This document shows positions 41,487-51,312 of a DNA stretch of 64,000 bases, piece after piece. Origin of the DNA: Acidobacteriota bacterium (GTDB taxonomy: Bacteria; Acidobacteriota; UBA6911); the NCBI GenBank assembly GCA_963664705.1, contig OY761556.1, forward strand, positions 4,576,001 through 4,640,000. Reading direction: 5' to 3'. Numbering within the stretch: position 1 is the stretch's first letter; each line of letters opens with the position of its first letter. A program made the position numbers and the translations under genes. Under the pieces are notes generated by a model. That model ran no database searches. It had not been told where the DNA came from and worked only from the letters and a program-made list of their open reading frames with translations.

Positions 41487-42776
41487 ATGAATGAAACAGC
41501 ATTTTTTCCCACCTGGAGCCTTGCGCCGTTTGTCGCTATGCTGCTTTCGATGGCCATTCTCCCGATGGTAATTCCCGGCTGGTGGAACAGCAATCGAAAC
41601 AAGGCAATCGCAAGCGTGGTGATATCGATCCCGGTCTTGGTATTGGTCCTCAGGCAAAAGCCGTCTTTGCTTGGACATGCCATGCTGGACTACCTGTCCT
41701 TCATCATCCTGCTCGGATCTCTGTTTGTAATCTCAGGCGGCATTCATATCCGTGGCGCATGGGCGGGAACGCCGATCGTAAATACCACTTTTCTTGCGGT
41801 GGGCGCGGTATTTGCAAACCTGATCGGGACAACCGGCGCCTCCATGCTGCTGATCCGCCCGTATATGCGAGCCAACCACCGTCGGCAGAAAAGATCGCAC
41901 CTCATTCTTTTCTTCATCTTCATCGTCAGCAATATCGGAGGTCTATTGACACCGCTCGGAGATCCGCCGCTGTTTTTGGGATTTCTGCGCGGAGTCCCAT
42001 TTTTCTGGACTCTGAAGCTGTTTCCCCAATGGGCCTGCGCCGTTGGAATATTGCTGGTTGTGTTCAATTTCATTGATCAGTACATTTTCAATAAAGAGGA
42101 TCTTGAAACCCCGGGCCCATTGGTTGAGGATGTGATGCCCCGTAGACATGTCCACATCGATGGAGCGCAAAACCTGCTGTATCTTCTGGGAGTCATGGCG
42201 GCCGCGCCGCTTAGCAGTTATTTCGGCTGGCCTCGAGGTATTCAGGAAGTCATCATGATCGCCATGGCGCTGTTCTGCTGGTTTGGAACCTCCGACGCCA
42301 TCCATAAGGCGAATCACTTTCATTTTGACCCGATCACGGAAGTCGCGGCTCTGTTTCTCGGCATTTTCATCACCATGGTCCCCGCGCTGGAAGTTCTGAG
42401 CCAGAAAGCCGCCGGATGGAATCTCCATTATTCCTGGCAGTATTTCTGGCTGACGGGAGCGCTCTCCAGCGTGCTGGACAACGCTCCGACATATCTCACC
42501 TTTGCCGCTATCGCGACCGGAGCTTTTGGCGGGAGCATTGAAAACCTGGGCGCGCTTGCCACATCTATCGCCGGACAGAAATTCCTTTATGCCATTTCCT
42601 GCGGAGCCGTGTTCATGGGGGCCAATACCTATATAGGAAACGGGCCGAATCTGATGGTGCGAAGCATTGCCGAACACTCTGGAATCAAAATGCCCTCCTT
42701 TGCCGGTTACCTGCTTTATTCATGCCTGATACTGATTCCGCTGTTCCTGCTGATTTCTCTGCTGTTTTTCCGGTGA
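41487..42776 (+). CDS. Putative Na+/H+ antiporter (IT superfamily, DUF1646-like)
   Basis: GTTGASMLLIRP, SNIGGLLTPLGDPPLFLG, LDNAPTY, TYIGNGPN. Confidence 0.85.
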   Translation: MNETAFFPTWSLAPFVAMLLSMAILPMVIPGWWNSNRNKAIASVVISIPVLVLVLRQKPSLLGHAMLDYLSFIILLGSLFVISGGIHIRGAWAGTPIVNTTFLAVGAVFANLIGTTGASMLLIRPYMRANHRRQKRSHLILFFIFIVSNIGGLLTPLGDPPLFLGFLRGVPFFWTLKLFPQWACAVGILLVVFNFIDQYIFNKEDLETPGPLVEDVMPRRHVHIDGAQNLLYLLGVMAAAPLSSYFGWPRGIQEVIMIAMALFCWFGTSDAIHKANHFHFDPITEVAALFLGIFITMVPALEVLSQKAAGWNLHYSWQYFWLTGALSSVLDNAPTYLTFAAIATGAFGGSIENLGALATSIAGQKFLYAISCGAVFMGANTYIGNGPNLMVRSIAEHSGIKMPSFAGYLLYSCLILIPLFLLISLLFFR

Positions 42777-42790
42777 TGATGGTTTGGTCA

Positions 42791-42827
42791 GTGGGATTCA
42801 CGGCATATAGCCTGCCGCGAATCCCAC
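42791..42827. repeat. REP-like palindrome, copy 3, between convergent genes
   Basis: GTGGGATTCACGGCA-tatagcc-TGCCGCGAATCCCAC. Confidence 0.7.
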
Positions 42828-42848
42828 GAAAAATGTTGCGGAAGTCTG

Positions 42849-43616
42849 CTAGAAGGTCACTCCGTAATAGAGGAAGAGATAGCGATTCCGTGATGCATTG
42901 CTGTCCGCATAGCTGTCATTACCGATGCTGTAGCCTGCATTCAACAAGCCGTTCTTCGGAAGTGTGATCGAAACTCCCGGAGTAAAATATCCGAGGTTGT
43001 TCTTTCCGCTGAACCAGTCGGCTACAAAACTGATACGTTTGGACAAAGGCTGCTCGTACCCCAAGATCGCGCCGGCGCGTCTGCCGACAAAGCTGACCGG
43101 ACCACTGCCAACATCCTGATTGGCTGACACAACTCCAAAAATACCTCCGTGAAAACGCGGACCATAATCGCTGCTCTTGACCTTTTTGCTGACCAATCCA
43201 TAGAGCATACCCCAGGAATCCTGCGAACTGCGATTGTTCAGAGGTGTATTCAGCAGCGCTCCGGCAGCCACTCCTATGCCAGCCTTCTCATTGTCGTAAA
43301 ACTTCCACTTAATGTTGGGCTGAAAATATCCATTGCTTGCCGAATCCCCGGAAGCTCTGACGTTCGTTATAGGAAAGTTCACTCCCACCTCCACATTGCC
43401 TGGAAGTCCAACCACCAGGCGTGGATTGTAAAGATAGATCCGTGAGGAGTCTGCTCCGGGTATCTGCGGCAGGAAATCGAATTCGGCATAGGCCTTGCCC
43501 TTCGACACCGTATCCGTTGTCGGAATATTGAAAATGGTCGACTGCGCCAGCACCTGACTGCTGCATGCCACCAGTATCAGAAAAATAAATTGCGCCAGCA
43601 CTCTGTATTTTTTCAC
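42849..43616 (-). CDS. Putative outer-membrane beta-barrel protein
   Basis: Signal peptide (VLA-Q), alternating amphipathic strands, C-terminal YYGVTF. Confidence 0.65.
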   Translation of the reverse strand: MKKYRVLAQFIFLILVACSSQVLAQSTIFNIPTTDTVSKGKAYAEFDFLPQIPGADSSRIYLYNPRLVVGLPGNVEVGVNFPITNVRASGDSASNGYFQPNIKWKFYDNEKAGIGVAAGALLNTPLNNRSSQDSWGMLYGLVSKKVKSSDYGPRFHGGIFGVVSANQDVGSGPVSFVGRRAGAILGYEQPLSKRISFVADWFSGKNNLGYFTPGVSITLPKNGLLNAGYSIGNDSYADSNASRNRYLFLYYGVTF

Positions 43617-43755
43617 CGCTGAACCCGCCTTTCTCCTATTGTTTTGAAATGCAGTCACGCTCCCAGTTGCCTGAAGGAGCAACAAATTTTCTATCGGGCA
43701 AACACCCACCCGCCACCCATGATGAATCTCCCGTTCGGTGGCTGGCTATTCCCTT

Positions 43756-43772
43756 TGCAAACTGCGTTCCAA
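43756..43772 (-). promoter_or_regulatory. sigma54 promoter of the beta-barrel gene
   Basis: Minus strand TTGGAACGCAGTTTGCA. Confidence 0.6.
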
Positions 43773-44268
43773 AAGTGATGACTTCGCGGAATTTAGCGCT
43801 ATCTCCATATGACAAAGCACTTTACTCATGGCAATTTCCATCCGATCAACATGGAGGGCAACCGTGGATTCATTCCTATATGTATAAAATGTGGAGACAA
43901 TATACATTTTTGTATTATCTGGCATCTGGAGATATTTGGGAGTTCAAGGAAAATTCGAAGAGGCACCGGAACCCGTCCCGAATCGCGTCACAAGGCAGGC
44001 AACGAAGCAAAAACTCGGGCATTGCCAGGCCGGGAAATTGGTTGCACCGGCAATCCCTGCTCATAATGACACGCACAAGCCCGACATTGGCCGCATTGCC
44101 GGCGCGGAGCAGGCGCCACACTATTACAATTATGTATTTATTTTTCTTATTATATACTATTACGTATCAATTCACTTTCCCGCTCTCGATCACATCGAAG
44201 CGCTACACAGCACCAAATAGCGGGGCAATTTCGAACGATTCCGAGTTAATCCTCTCAATTTGAAGGTA

Positions 44269-44284
44269 TGGCATAGCATTTGCA
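44269..44284 (+). promoter_or_regulatory. sigma54 promoter of the APC transporter
   Basis: TGGCATAGCATTTGCA. Confidence 0.7.
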
Positions 44285-44348
44285 CTAATTCCTTCTTTTG
44301 AAAGAAATCGATTCAGTTGCGCGCAGTCTATTCCCGGAGTTCCTATTC

Positions 44349-46583
44349 ATGTCTAGTGTTTACTCTTCAAAGACAACAAAAGTCGTTGTTGCAACCACTG
44401 TAATGCTGGCCTTCATATCCTTTTGGCGGGCAGCGGCCATCGTTCTCTGTGATCTTGCGTCGTCAGCCTATTACGCGGGAGGCTTGGCAGAGGGATTCAT
44501 CGGCAAGTCTGCACCATGGTTTATCCTTGCAATTATGGTGTTTTCCACGGCAGTCAGAGCTGTCTATGTGGAAAGTTGCAGTATGTTTGTGCGCGGAGGC
44601 GTGTATCGTGTGGTCCGAGAGGCCCTGGGCCCTTCTCTCGCAAAGTTCTCCGTTTCCGCCCTTATGTTTGACTATATCCTTACCGGTCCGATCAGCGGGG
44701 TGAGCGCCGGCCTTTATCTTGCAGGACTCATTAATGAAACCGCCGATTTGATTCACACGCCCGGCATCAAGGTTTACCCCCCGTATTTTGCAGCTCTATT
44801 TACGGTCCTCATCCTTCTCTATTTCTGGCGGAAAAACATTATTGGCATGCATGAATCAAGTCAGAAAGCGTTGAGAATCATGCAGGCAACCACAATAATG
44901 GTGATCATCCTGATTTTCTGGTGCCTCGCCACCATCATCCACCGAGGGTACAATCCGGTTCCCTTTCCAAGCCTATCGACGATTCGCTTCAGCCATGATG
45001 CCGTCGGCTGGCTGAAAGGTACGATTCTGCCCAATATAACCGCCATTGCAGTCCTGATCGGATTAGGGCACGCCGTTCTCGCGATGAGCGGAGAGGAAAG
45101 CCTTGCGCAGGTAAATCGTGAGATCGCATCGCCAAAATTGAAAAATCTCAAACGCGCCGCAGTCGTCATTTTCGTATACAGCATGATGTTCACCGCACTG
45201 GTTTCCTTTTTTGCGGTCATGTTGATTCCCGATTCCGAGCGGATTGACAAATACCTGGACAATCTTATCGGCGGGCTGGCAATGAACGTCGTCGGGCCTC
45301 TTCCCCTTCGCCTGCTCTTCCACGCGTTTGTGGTTGTTATGGGAACCATCCTGCTATCCGGCGCGGTCAATACAGCCATTATCGGATCGAATGGAGTTCT
45401 GAATCGGATCGCCGAGGACAAGGTTCTACCCGACTGGTTTCGCAAACCACATCGGCAATATGGAACATCGGCCCGCATCATTACAATGATTGTCGGGTTT
45501 CAAATTGTAACGATTCTTCTCACCCGTGGAGACATTCAACTCCTTGGCGATGCATATGCCTTCGGAATAGTCTGGAGTTTTGCCATGCAAGGCCTTTCCG
45601 TTCTCGTGCTGCGCTTTAAGAAGCCCGAAGAGCCGGGATGGAAAGTTCCGCTGAATCTGAGGATCAGAGGAAGAGAATGGCCCCTGGGCTTGGGATTCAT
45701 TACATTAATTCTATTTTCCATTGCACTCGTGAATCTGGTAACCAAAAAGGTGGCCACCATCTGGGGAACGGTATTTACAGTGGGCATTTTTCTTGTCTTC
45801 GTCATCAGCGAACGCATTAACAAACGCGGCGCAGCGGGACGGCAACCCGAGCTTGAGAAATTCCGGCTTGTAACCGGCGAAACTCTGGCGCAGGAATCCA
45901 TCAACGCCCGCTCCGGCAATGTGCTCGTTGCGATCCGTAATCCCAACCAACTGGATCACCTCGAAAAAGTGCTGGTACGAACAGACACAAGGAAGATAGA
46001 TATCGTCGTCCTCACCGTGAAGAGGCTTTCAAGCCAGGGTTCGGGTGGATATGACTTGCATGCGGATCAGATTTTTTCGGACCAGGTCGCCACTCTTTTC
46101 AGCAGGGTCGTTGCGGTGGCGGAGAAAGCCGGCAAGCATGTAGAATTGTTGGTCGTGCCCGGACGAGAATACAATCGAGCCACCCTGGAAGTGGCGCAAC
46201 AATTGCAGTCAAACCTGGTGGTCATGGGGTTGTCTGCCAAAATGAGCCCGTCCGAACAGGCAAAAGCCTTTGGAGATGCATGGGAGTTGCTCCCTCCGCC
46301 ACGCCCACAACTTTCTCTTGAGATTCTCGATCAGCAAACGCAAAAGCAGCTCTTCTTTAACCTGGGACCTCATCCACCTCGACTCTGGCCTGAGGACGTT
46401 GAATTTCTGCACAGGTTATGGCGAGACATTTCCGCTTCGGGGCCTGGCCACAGGCTTCATCACAGAGATGTTGTACGCGTAGCCTTGAGGCGACTCGAGG
46501 TTGCGCTGAATTCATCCGACCGCAAGAGTATTATGGAAGAAATTGAAATGGAGACGTTTCACGAAAAAGCGGCAACAGAGTGA
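44349..46583 (+). CDS. APC-superfamily permease with cytoplasmic USP-like C-terminal domain (KimA-like architecture)
   Basis: DLASSAYY, GGVY.V...LG, DYILT, SGEES, YAFGI motifs; about 12 TM plus a soluble tail. Confidence 0.8.
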   Translation: MSSVYSSKTTKVVVATTVMLAFISFWRAAAIVLCDLASSAYYAGGLAEGFIGKSAPWFILAIMVFSTAVRAVYVESCSMFVRGGVYRVVREALGPSLAKFSVSALMFDYILTGPISGVSAGLYLAGLINETADLIHTPGIKVYPPYFAALFTVLILLYFWRKNIIGMHESSQKALRIMQATTIMVIILIFWCLATIIHRGYNPVPFPSLSTIRFSHDAVGWLKGTILPNITAIAVLIGLGHAVLAMSGEESLAQVNREIASPKLKNLKRAAVVIFVYSMMFTALVSFFAVMLIPDSERIDKYLDNLIGGLAMNVVGPLPLRLLFHAFVVVMGTILLSGAVNTAIIGSNGVLNRIAEDKVLPDWFRKPHRQYGTSARIITMIVGFQIVTILLTRGDIQLLGDAYAFGIVWSFAMQGLSVLVLRFKKPEEPGWKVPLNLRIRGREWPLGLGFITLILFSIALVNLVTKKVATIWGTVFTVGIFLVFVISERINKRGAAGRQPELEKFRLVTGETLAQESINARSGNVLVAIRNPNQLDHLEKVLVRTDTRKIDIVVLTVKRLSSQGSGGYDLHADQIFSDQVATLFSRVVAVAEKAGKHVELLVVPGREYNRATLEVAQQLQSNLVVMGLSAKMSPSEQAKAFGDAWELLPPPRPQLSLEILDQQTQKQLFFNLGPHPPRLWPEDVEFLHRLWRDISASGPGHRLHHRDVVRVALRRLEVALNSSDRKSIMEEIEMETFHEKAATE

Positions 46584-46718
46584 ACTGCATCCTTGCAGGG
46601 TGAGCATTCCGGGCTGTTCCTCGACCTCCAGTAGTCTGAGCGCTAACCTCAAAGACTCCTGGAATCGAGGAATCAGCCCGCTTTCTTTGGAGGCAAAGCG
46701 GAGCACATTGTGTTACCA

Positions 46719-47057
46719 CTATAGGGATTCATCTCCCGATTCGCCGGTCCGAATTCGAATAGTGTCGGCAAGCTCATAAATAAAGATCTTGCCATCGCCA
46801 ACTTCGCCGGTATGCGCCGCCTTCTGAATTGCTTTGGCCGCCTCTTCATACTGACTATCCGAAACACCCACCTCAAGCTTGATCTTTGAGATTAAATCCA
46901 GGTTATATTCCGAACCTCGGTACCTCTCAACCTGCCCTTTTTGCCGTCCGGCGCCGCGCACGTCGGTGATTGTCAGCCCGGCAACTCCGACATCTGCGAG
47001 AGCCTTTTTAACCTCCTCAAGCTTATGCGGCCGAATCATAGCGCAAATCATCTTCAT
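46719..47057 (-). CDS. P-II nitrogen regulatory protein (GlnB/GlnK type)
   Basis: IRPHKLEEVK, GRQKG..ERYRGSEY (T-loop Tyr51), TGEVGDGKIF, RIRTGE; 112 aa. Confidence 0.96.
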   Translation of the reverse strand: MKMICAMIRPHKLEEVKKALADVGVAGLTITDVRGAGRQKGQVERYRGSEYNLDLISKIKLEVGVSDSQYEEAAKAIQKAAHTGEVGDGKIFIYELADTIRIRTGESGDESL

Positions 47058-47184
47058 CGCTCATAGTCCTTTCTCCGAGTTATCAATTTAAAAGGAATTG
47101 TTCAACACTTTCTACTGGCGACATCCTTCGCCACCTTCTGCAAGGCGCGCGCCCACTGAGGCTCCCCTAGGGCTCCGGATTGAT

Positions 47185-48312
47185 TTATGCGGCATTCTTC
47201 CCCAGACGAATCACGATGCGACAGAATTCGTCATCGGTTAAGGCCCGTTTGTATGCTGCCGCCTGGGCCCTTACTTCGGTCAACAAGCTGGGAAGAAGCC
47301 GCTTGGAAAGCCGGAGGTTGCGCTGCCTTATTGCATATTCCAATTGCCTTGTGCCCGAATGGCGCCCTATAAAAATTGCCGAGCTGGAATTGCCGACATC
47401 TTCCGGTGGAAACGGCTCGTAAGTGCGTCTATCCACGGCCAGACCTGCACAGTGAATCCCCGACTCATGGTGAAAAGCAGCGGGACCCACAATCGGCTTG
47501 TTCTCCGGCACAGATCTGCCTGAGGCATGGGCCACCAGGCTGCTCAGCATGGAAAGCCGCCGCCTATCGATCCCGCAGTCTTGCCGAAGGGAGACATGCA
47601 GAGCCATAACCACTTCTTCCAGCGCTGCATTTCCCGCCCGCTCACCGATACCGTTCACTGTTACGCTAATGGCCTGGCCTCCTGCAGACAGGGCTGCAAT
47701 GCTGTTGCCAACTGCCATCCCAAGATCGTTATGGGCATGAAACTCCAAAGGCAAGTCTGATGTGGCAGCCCGAACCTCTCTTACCAGGGCATACGACTGC
47801 ATGGGATTGAGCACGCCAACCGTATCCGTAATCCGCAGCCGGCTCATTCCTGCTTCCTGAGCGGCCACCGCAAATTCCCGGAGGAACGCCATGTCGGCGC
47901 GAGACGCATCCTGTGCTCCGATCGTCATGTATCCAAATGAATCCCGGAACTCTCGCACGAGATGTTTCAGAGTACTCAGAACCCATCCCCGGCTCTTCTG
48001 CCATGCCCTCAGATGAATATCCGAAACAGGGAATGAGATATGCACGCCATGCACCCTGCAGCATTTCGCTGCCTTCAGATCTGACCTCGTTGCACGGCAC
48101 CACGCAAGCAGACGAGTCGGCAATCCCAGATCGGCAATAGCGTTGATGTTGTCGATCTCCTCCTGTCCCATGGAAGGAATTCCGACTTCCAGTTCCGGTA
48201 CTCCGGCAAGCGCCAGTTCCTTTGCCATTGCCACCTTTTCAGCACGGGAAAAGACAACCCCTGCTGCCTGTTCTCCATCACGCAGCGTTGTATCGATTAA
48301 CCATGGTTTCAT
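47185..48312 (-). CDS. nifV: Homocitrate synthase
   Basis: [30 protein letters not shown]; nif context. Alternative GTG start at 48357. Confidence 0.92.
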   Translation of the reverse strand: MKPWLIDTTLRDGEQAAGVVFSRAEKVAMAKELALAGVPELEVGIPSMGQEEIDNINAIADLGLPTRLLAWCRATRSDLKAAKCCRVHGVHISFPVSDIHLRAWQKSRGWVLSTLKHLVREFRDSFGYMTIGAQDASRADMAFLREFAVAAQEAGMSRLRITDTVGVLNPMQSYALVREVRAATSDLPLEFHAHNDLGMAVGNSIAALSAGGQAISVTVNGIGERAGNAALEEVVMALHVSLRQDCGIDRRRLSMLSSLVAHASGRSVPENKPIVGPAAFHHESGIHCAGLAVDRRTYEPFPPEDVGNSSSAIFIGRHSGTRQLEYAIRQRNLRLSKRLLPSLLTEVRAQAAAYKRALTDDEFCRIVIRLGKNAA

Positions 48313-48353
48313 ACAAGATCCATCTATACGATCTTCACCGTACGCGGCGCAAT

Positions 48354-48656
48354 TCACGCCAGAATGTTCTTTTCGCAAATAGAGTCGTTTTCAAGAGCGT
48401 CAAGGATTTCACTCGCCAAATGCTCATCTACTTTCCCGTACCAGACATTATGCGGGTATAGGATCACCACCGGGCCCTCATCACAGGCTTTAAGACAGCC
48501 GGTGCTTGAGACCATAATGTCGTCGAGGCCCCGATCGCTAATCTCCTCCTCAAAGTATTGAAGCAGCTGAGCGGAATCCTTTTTGTGGCAGATTCCCTGG
48601 GGAGTTCCTCGCCGATAGCTGCCGCATACCAGTATGTGTTTTGAAGGCTTATTCAT
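48354..48656 (-). CDS. Thioredoxin-like [2Fe-2S] ferredoxin
   Basis: HILVC...GIC...[11 protein letters not shown]....YP..VWYG.V. Confidence 0.9.
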   Translation of the reverse strand: MNKPSKHILVCGSYRRGTPQGICHKKDSAQLLQYFEEEISDRGLDDIMVSSTGCLKACDEGPVVILYPHNVWYGKVDEHLASEILDALENDSICEKNILA

Positions 48657-48682
48657 CTTTTCTCCTTTATTGGGGGTAGTCC

Positions 48683-49966
48683 CTAACCACAACCGGTTCC
48701 ATTGCCGCGGCAACTGATCCCCTGCAAACAGCCGGCGAAACGCCGCATCATGGTTTTCGGGATGTTCTTTTTTGAATAGATCGCGGCCAAAGCCTCCTCA
48801 ATGAAACCTTCCATTTCAATTACTTTTAAGCCGTGCGATGACAGGATCTTCTTCGGGTTCGGCCCCGCAGCTTTAACCAGCAACACCCGGCAGTCGACGA
48901 GCATCTTTGCAAGCTCAATCCATCTCTCATCTCCGCTGCCCGATTCAGGCGTGACCCGGTGTTCTTTCAGGTCAAAAACCTCGGGATTTTCAGGATTCTG
49001 CCCAAAGATCAGGACCGATGCCGCTTCACCCAGATGTTGATTGACAAGCGTGCCTTCGCAGGAAGCAACCGCAACATACGGCCGATTTCCCACACCATCC
49101 TGCCGGCCGGATTCATGCGCGTAAGCCTGAATTCGATGAAGCATCTCTGTTGTTACCGGCTCAGTCAGGAGTCCTGCCGCATCAGCGCGGCAACGGGTAC
49201 AATGATTCATCTGCGGCAGTATCTCTTTACAGGATTGCCGGATGCTTTCCGTTAGGGTGTGTTCCGGCGATGATATTCCTTGAAAGACCGCGCCTTCGAC
49301 CGGTGCCATCGGCATGCAATTCATCAAATCAACACCTAATTTTGAAACCGTCCTGGCTATTTCGATAATGTGCCCGTCGTTGATTCCCGGAATAATGATG
49401 CTGTTGACTTTCACTGTTATCCCGTGCCGTTTGAGCGCACAAATGGCTTCCAGTTGTCTTCGAAGCAGCAGGGCCCCGGCCATTTCTCCCCGCATTGGAC
49501 GCTTTCCGTCTCGAATCCAGGAATAGATTTTGGAGGCAATGATCGGATCAACCGCATTAATGGTGATCGTAACGTGACTAACCTGAAGCGATGCCAGCTC
49601 CTCGATGTAGGGTCCGATAGCCAGTCCATTGGTGGCAACACAAAGGATCATCTCCGGGAACTCGCGCCGGACCAGCCGCAGGGTCTGCATCGTCTCCTCT
49701 GGATTAGCGAAAGGATCGCCCGGCCCGGCAAGCCCAACCACCGTCAATCGGGGTTGCCGCACAACAGTTTCGCGAAGATAACGCAGAGCCTGATCGGGAG
49801 TGAGCACGGCGCTGGTAACGCCAGGATGACTCTCGTTCAGACAATCATATTTCCGATTACAGAAGTTGCATTGCATATTGCACCGAGGTGCAACCGGAAG
49901 ATGAATCCTGCCGGAACTGTGCTTGGCTGCTTCGCTAAAGCAAGGGTGTTTTGAATGGTCTATCAT
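48683..49966 (-). CDS. nifB: FeMo-cofactor biosynthesis radical SAM protein NifB with NifX-like C-domain
   Basis: HPC, CNMQCNFC, GPGDP, CTRCRADA, VNQHLG. Confidence 0.96.
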   Translation of the reverse strand: MIDHSKHPCFSEAAKHSSGRIHLPVAPRCNMQCNFCNRKYDCLNESHPGVTSAVLTPDQALRYLRETVVRQPRLTVVGLAGPGDPFANPEETMQTLRLVRREFPEMILCVATNGLAIGPYIEELASLQVSHVTITINAVDPIIASKIYSWIRDGKRPMRGEMAGALLLRRQLEAICALKRHGITVKVNSIIIPGINDGHIIEIARTVSKLGVDLMNCMPMAPVEGAVFQGISSPEHTLTESIRQSCKEILPQMNHCTRCRADAAGLLTEPVTTEMLHRIQAYAHESGRQDGVGNRPYVAVASCEGTLVNQHLGEAASVLIFGQNPENPEVFDLKEHRVTPESGSGDERWIELAKMLVDCRVLLVKAAGPNPKKILSSHGLKVIEMEGFIEEALAAIYSKKNIPKTMMRRFAGCLQGISCRGNGTGCG

Positions 49967-51312
49967 AAGTAGCTATACCCGACGTTTGAGTGGTCCTGCT
50001 TTCTTTCCAGTAGTGCATTGACCAGGCGATCATATAATTCCTGGGCTCCCTGATAGCCCAGGTGGAGGATTCGCTGTCCGCCTATCCGATCGTGGATAGG
50101 AAAGCCCGCGCGTATCAATGGAATATCCAGCTTTCGGGCCAGGTGATACCCTTTACTCGATCCGATCAGGAGGTCCGGACGACAATCGGCTGCAATTTCA
50201 GCCATGTCGGCAAAATCGCAATCGCCCCGGATCATTGTTTCTGCTGGAAGATCCGGCACAGCCTTTTTCAGGGTTGGTGAGAAGATTCCACTTTTTCCAC
50301 CGCTGGCACAAAGAACGGGAACCACGCCGATCTCGCACAGGAAGGCTGTCAGGCCGATCACAAGATCTTCTTCTCCGTACACGATGGCTCGTTTTTCAAA
50401 AACATATTTGTGTCCATCGATGTAGGAATCCAATAGCCGTCCCCGTTGCTTTGCATATTTGGCCGGCATGGAACGGTCGGACACCTTCTCCAGAATTCCC
50501 ATAAACCTATCGGTCTCTTTCATTCCGATGGGCAAGCCAATCAAGTGCCGGGGAACTCCAAATTTTTCGTCGAGCACACGGCCGGCAGTGAGAACAGATT
50601 CCGTGGTCAAACCAAACTCAACCGTGGCCCGACTCTGTCCCGCGAGCACAATATCTTTCACGGGCGTGCCGCCCGGCTGAAGTTTTTCATATTTATCCCA
50701 GGTTTCCCCATCCATGCTTTCGGAATAATCCGGCAAGATCGTGAGGGGGAACTCAAAGTCCGAGAGTATCTCCTTCAATAGACGCAGATCGGCCGACGAA
50801 ACCATCCCTGGAAACAGGTTCAACCGGTTGGTTCTGATTCCTCCAGCCGCAAACCGATTTACAACCGCGCTCACTGCGGCGTGAAACCCGTCGATATGGG
50901 TGCCCCGATAGCTCGCCGTCGAAACAGAAACCAGGGGCGCCTTATCCCCATGCCGTGTGGCATAATCGAGAAGCAGCCGGGGCATATCCTCGCCAATGGT
51001 TTCGGCAAGACAGGTTGTGGCAATACCGACCATTTCCGGCCGGTATTGCCGGATCACATTGGCAACGCCCTGCTGAAAAATGTCAGAACCGCCGAAAACG
51101 GCACTCTCTTCGTGGAAGTTGGAAGAGGCAATATCGATCGGCTCACGAAAGTGGCTGATGAGATATCGCCGGATATAGGTCGCACAACCCTGTGATCCAT
51201 GAAGGAAAGGGATACAACCTTCGATTCCCCTGAACACAAGGCATGCACCAAGCGGTGTGCATAGCTTGCACGCATTCTGCGTGACGGGCATGGAAGTACG
51301 TGCCCCGGTCAT
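49963..51312 (-). CDS. nifN: Nitrogenase FeMo-cofactor scaffold NifN
   Basis: NACKLCTPLGA, HGSQGCATY, TTCLAE, GFPIHDRIG; ATGA overlap with nifE. Confidence 0.93.
   Translation of the reverse strand: MTGARTSMPVTQNACKLCTPLGACLVFRGIEGCIPFLHGSQGCATYIRRYLISHFREPIDIASSNFHEESAVFGGSDIFQQGVANVIRQYRPEMVGIATTCLAETIGEDMPRLLLDYATRHGDKAPLVSVSTASYRGTHIDGFHAAVSAVVNRFAAGGIRTNRLNLFPGMVSSADLRLLKEILSDFEFPLTILPDYSESMDGETWDKYEKLQPGGTPVKDIVLAGQSRATVEFGLTTESVLTAGRVLDEKFGVPRHLIGLPIGMKETDRFMGILEKVSDRSMPAKYAKQRGRLLDSYIDGHKYVFEKRAIVYGEEDLVIGLTAFLCEIGVVPVLCASGGKSGIFSPTLKKAVPDLPAETMIRGDCDFADMAEIAADCRPDLLIGSSKGYHLARKLDIPLIRAGFPIHDRIGGQRILHLGYQGAQELYDRLVNALLERKQDHSNVGYSYL

Noticed and set aside
43649-44263. 204-aa ORF in the AT-rich gap between divergent genes
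   Set aside because: Atypical composition, no RBS, and it overlaps a sigma54 promoter in the regulatory gap; treated as regulatory DNA.
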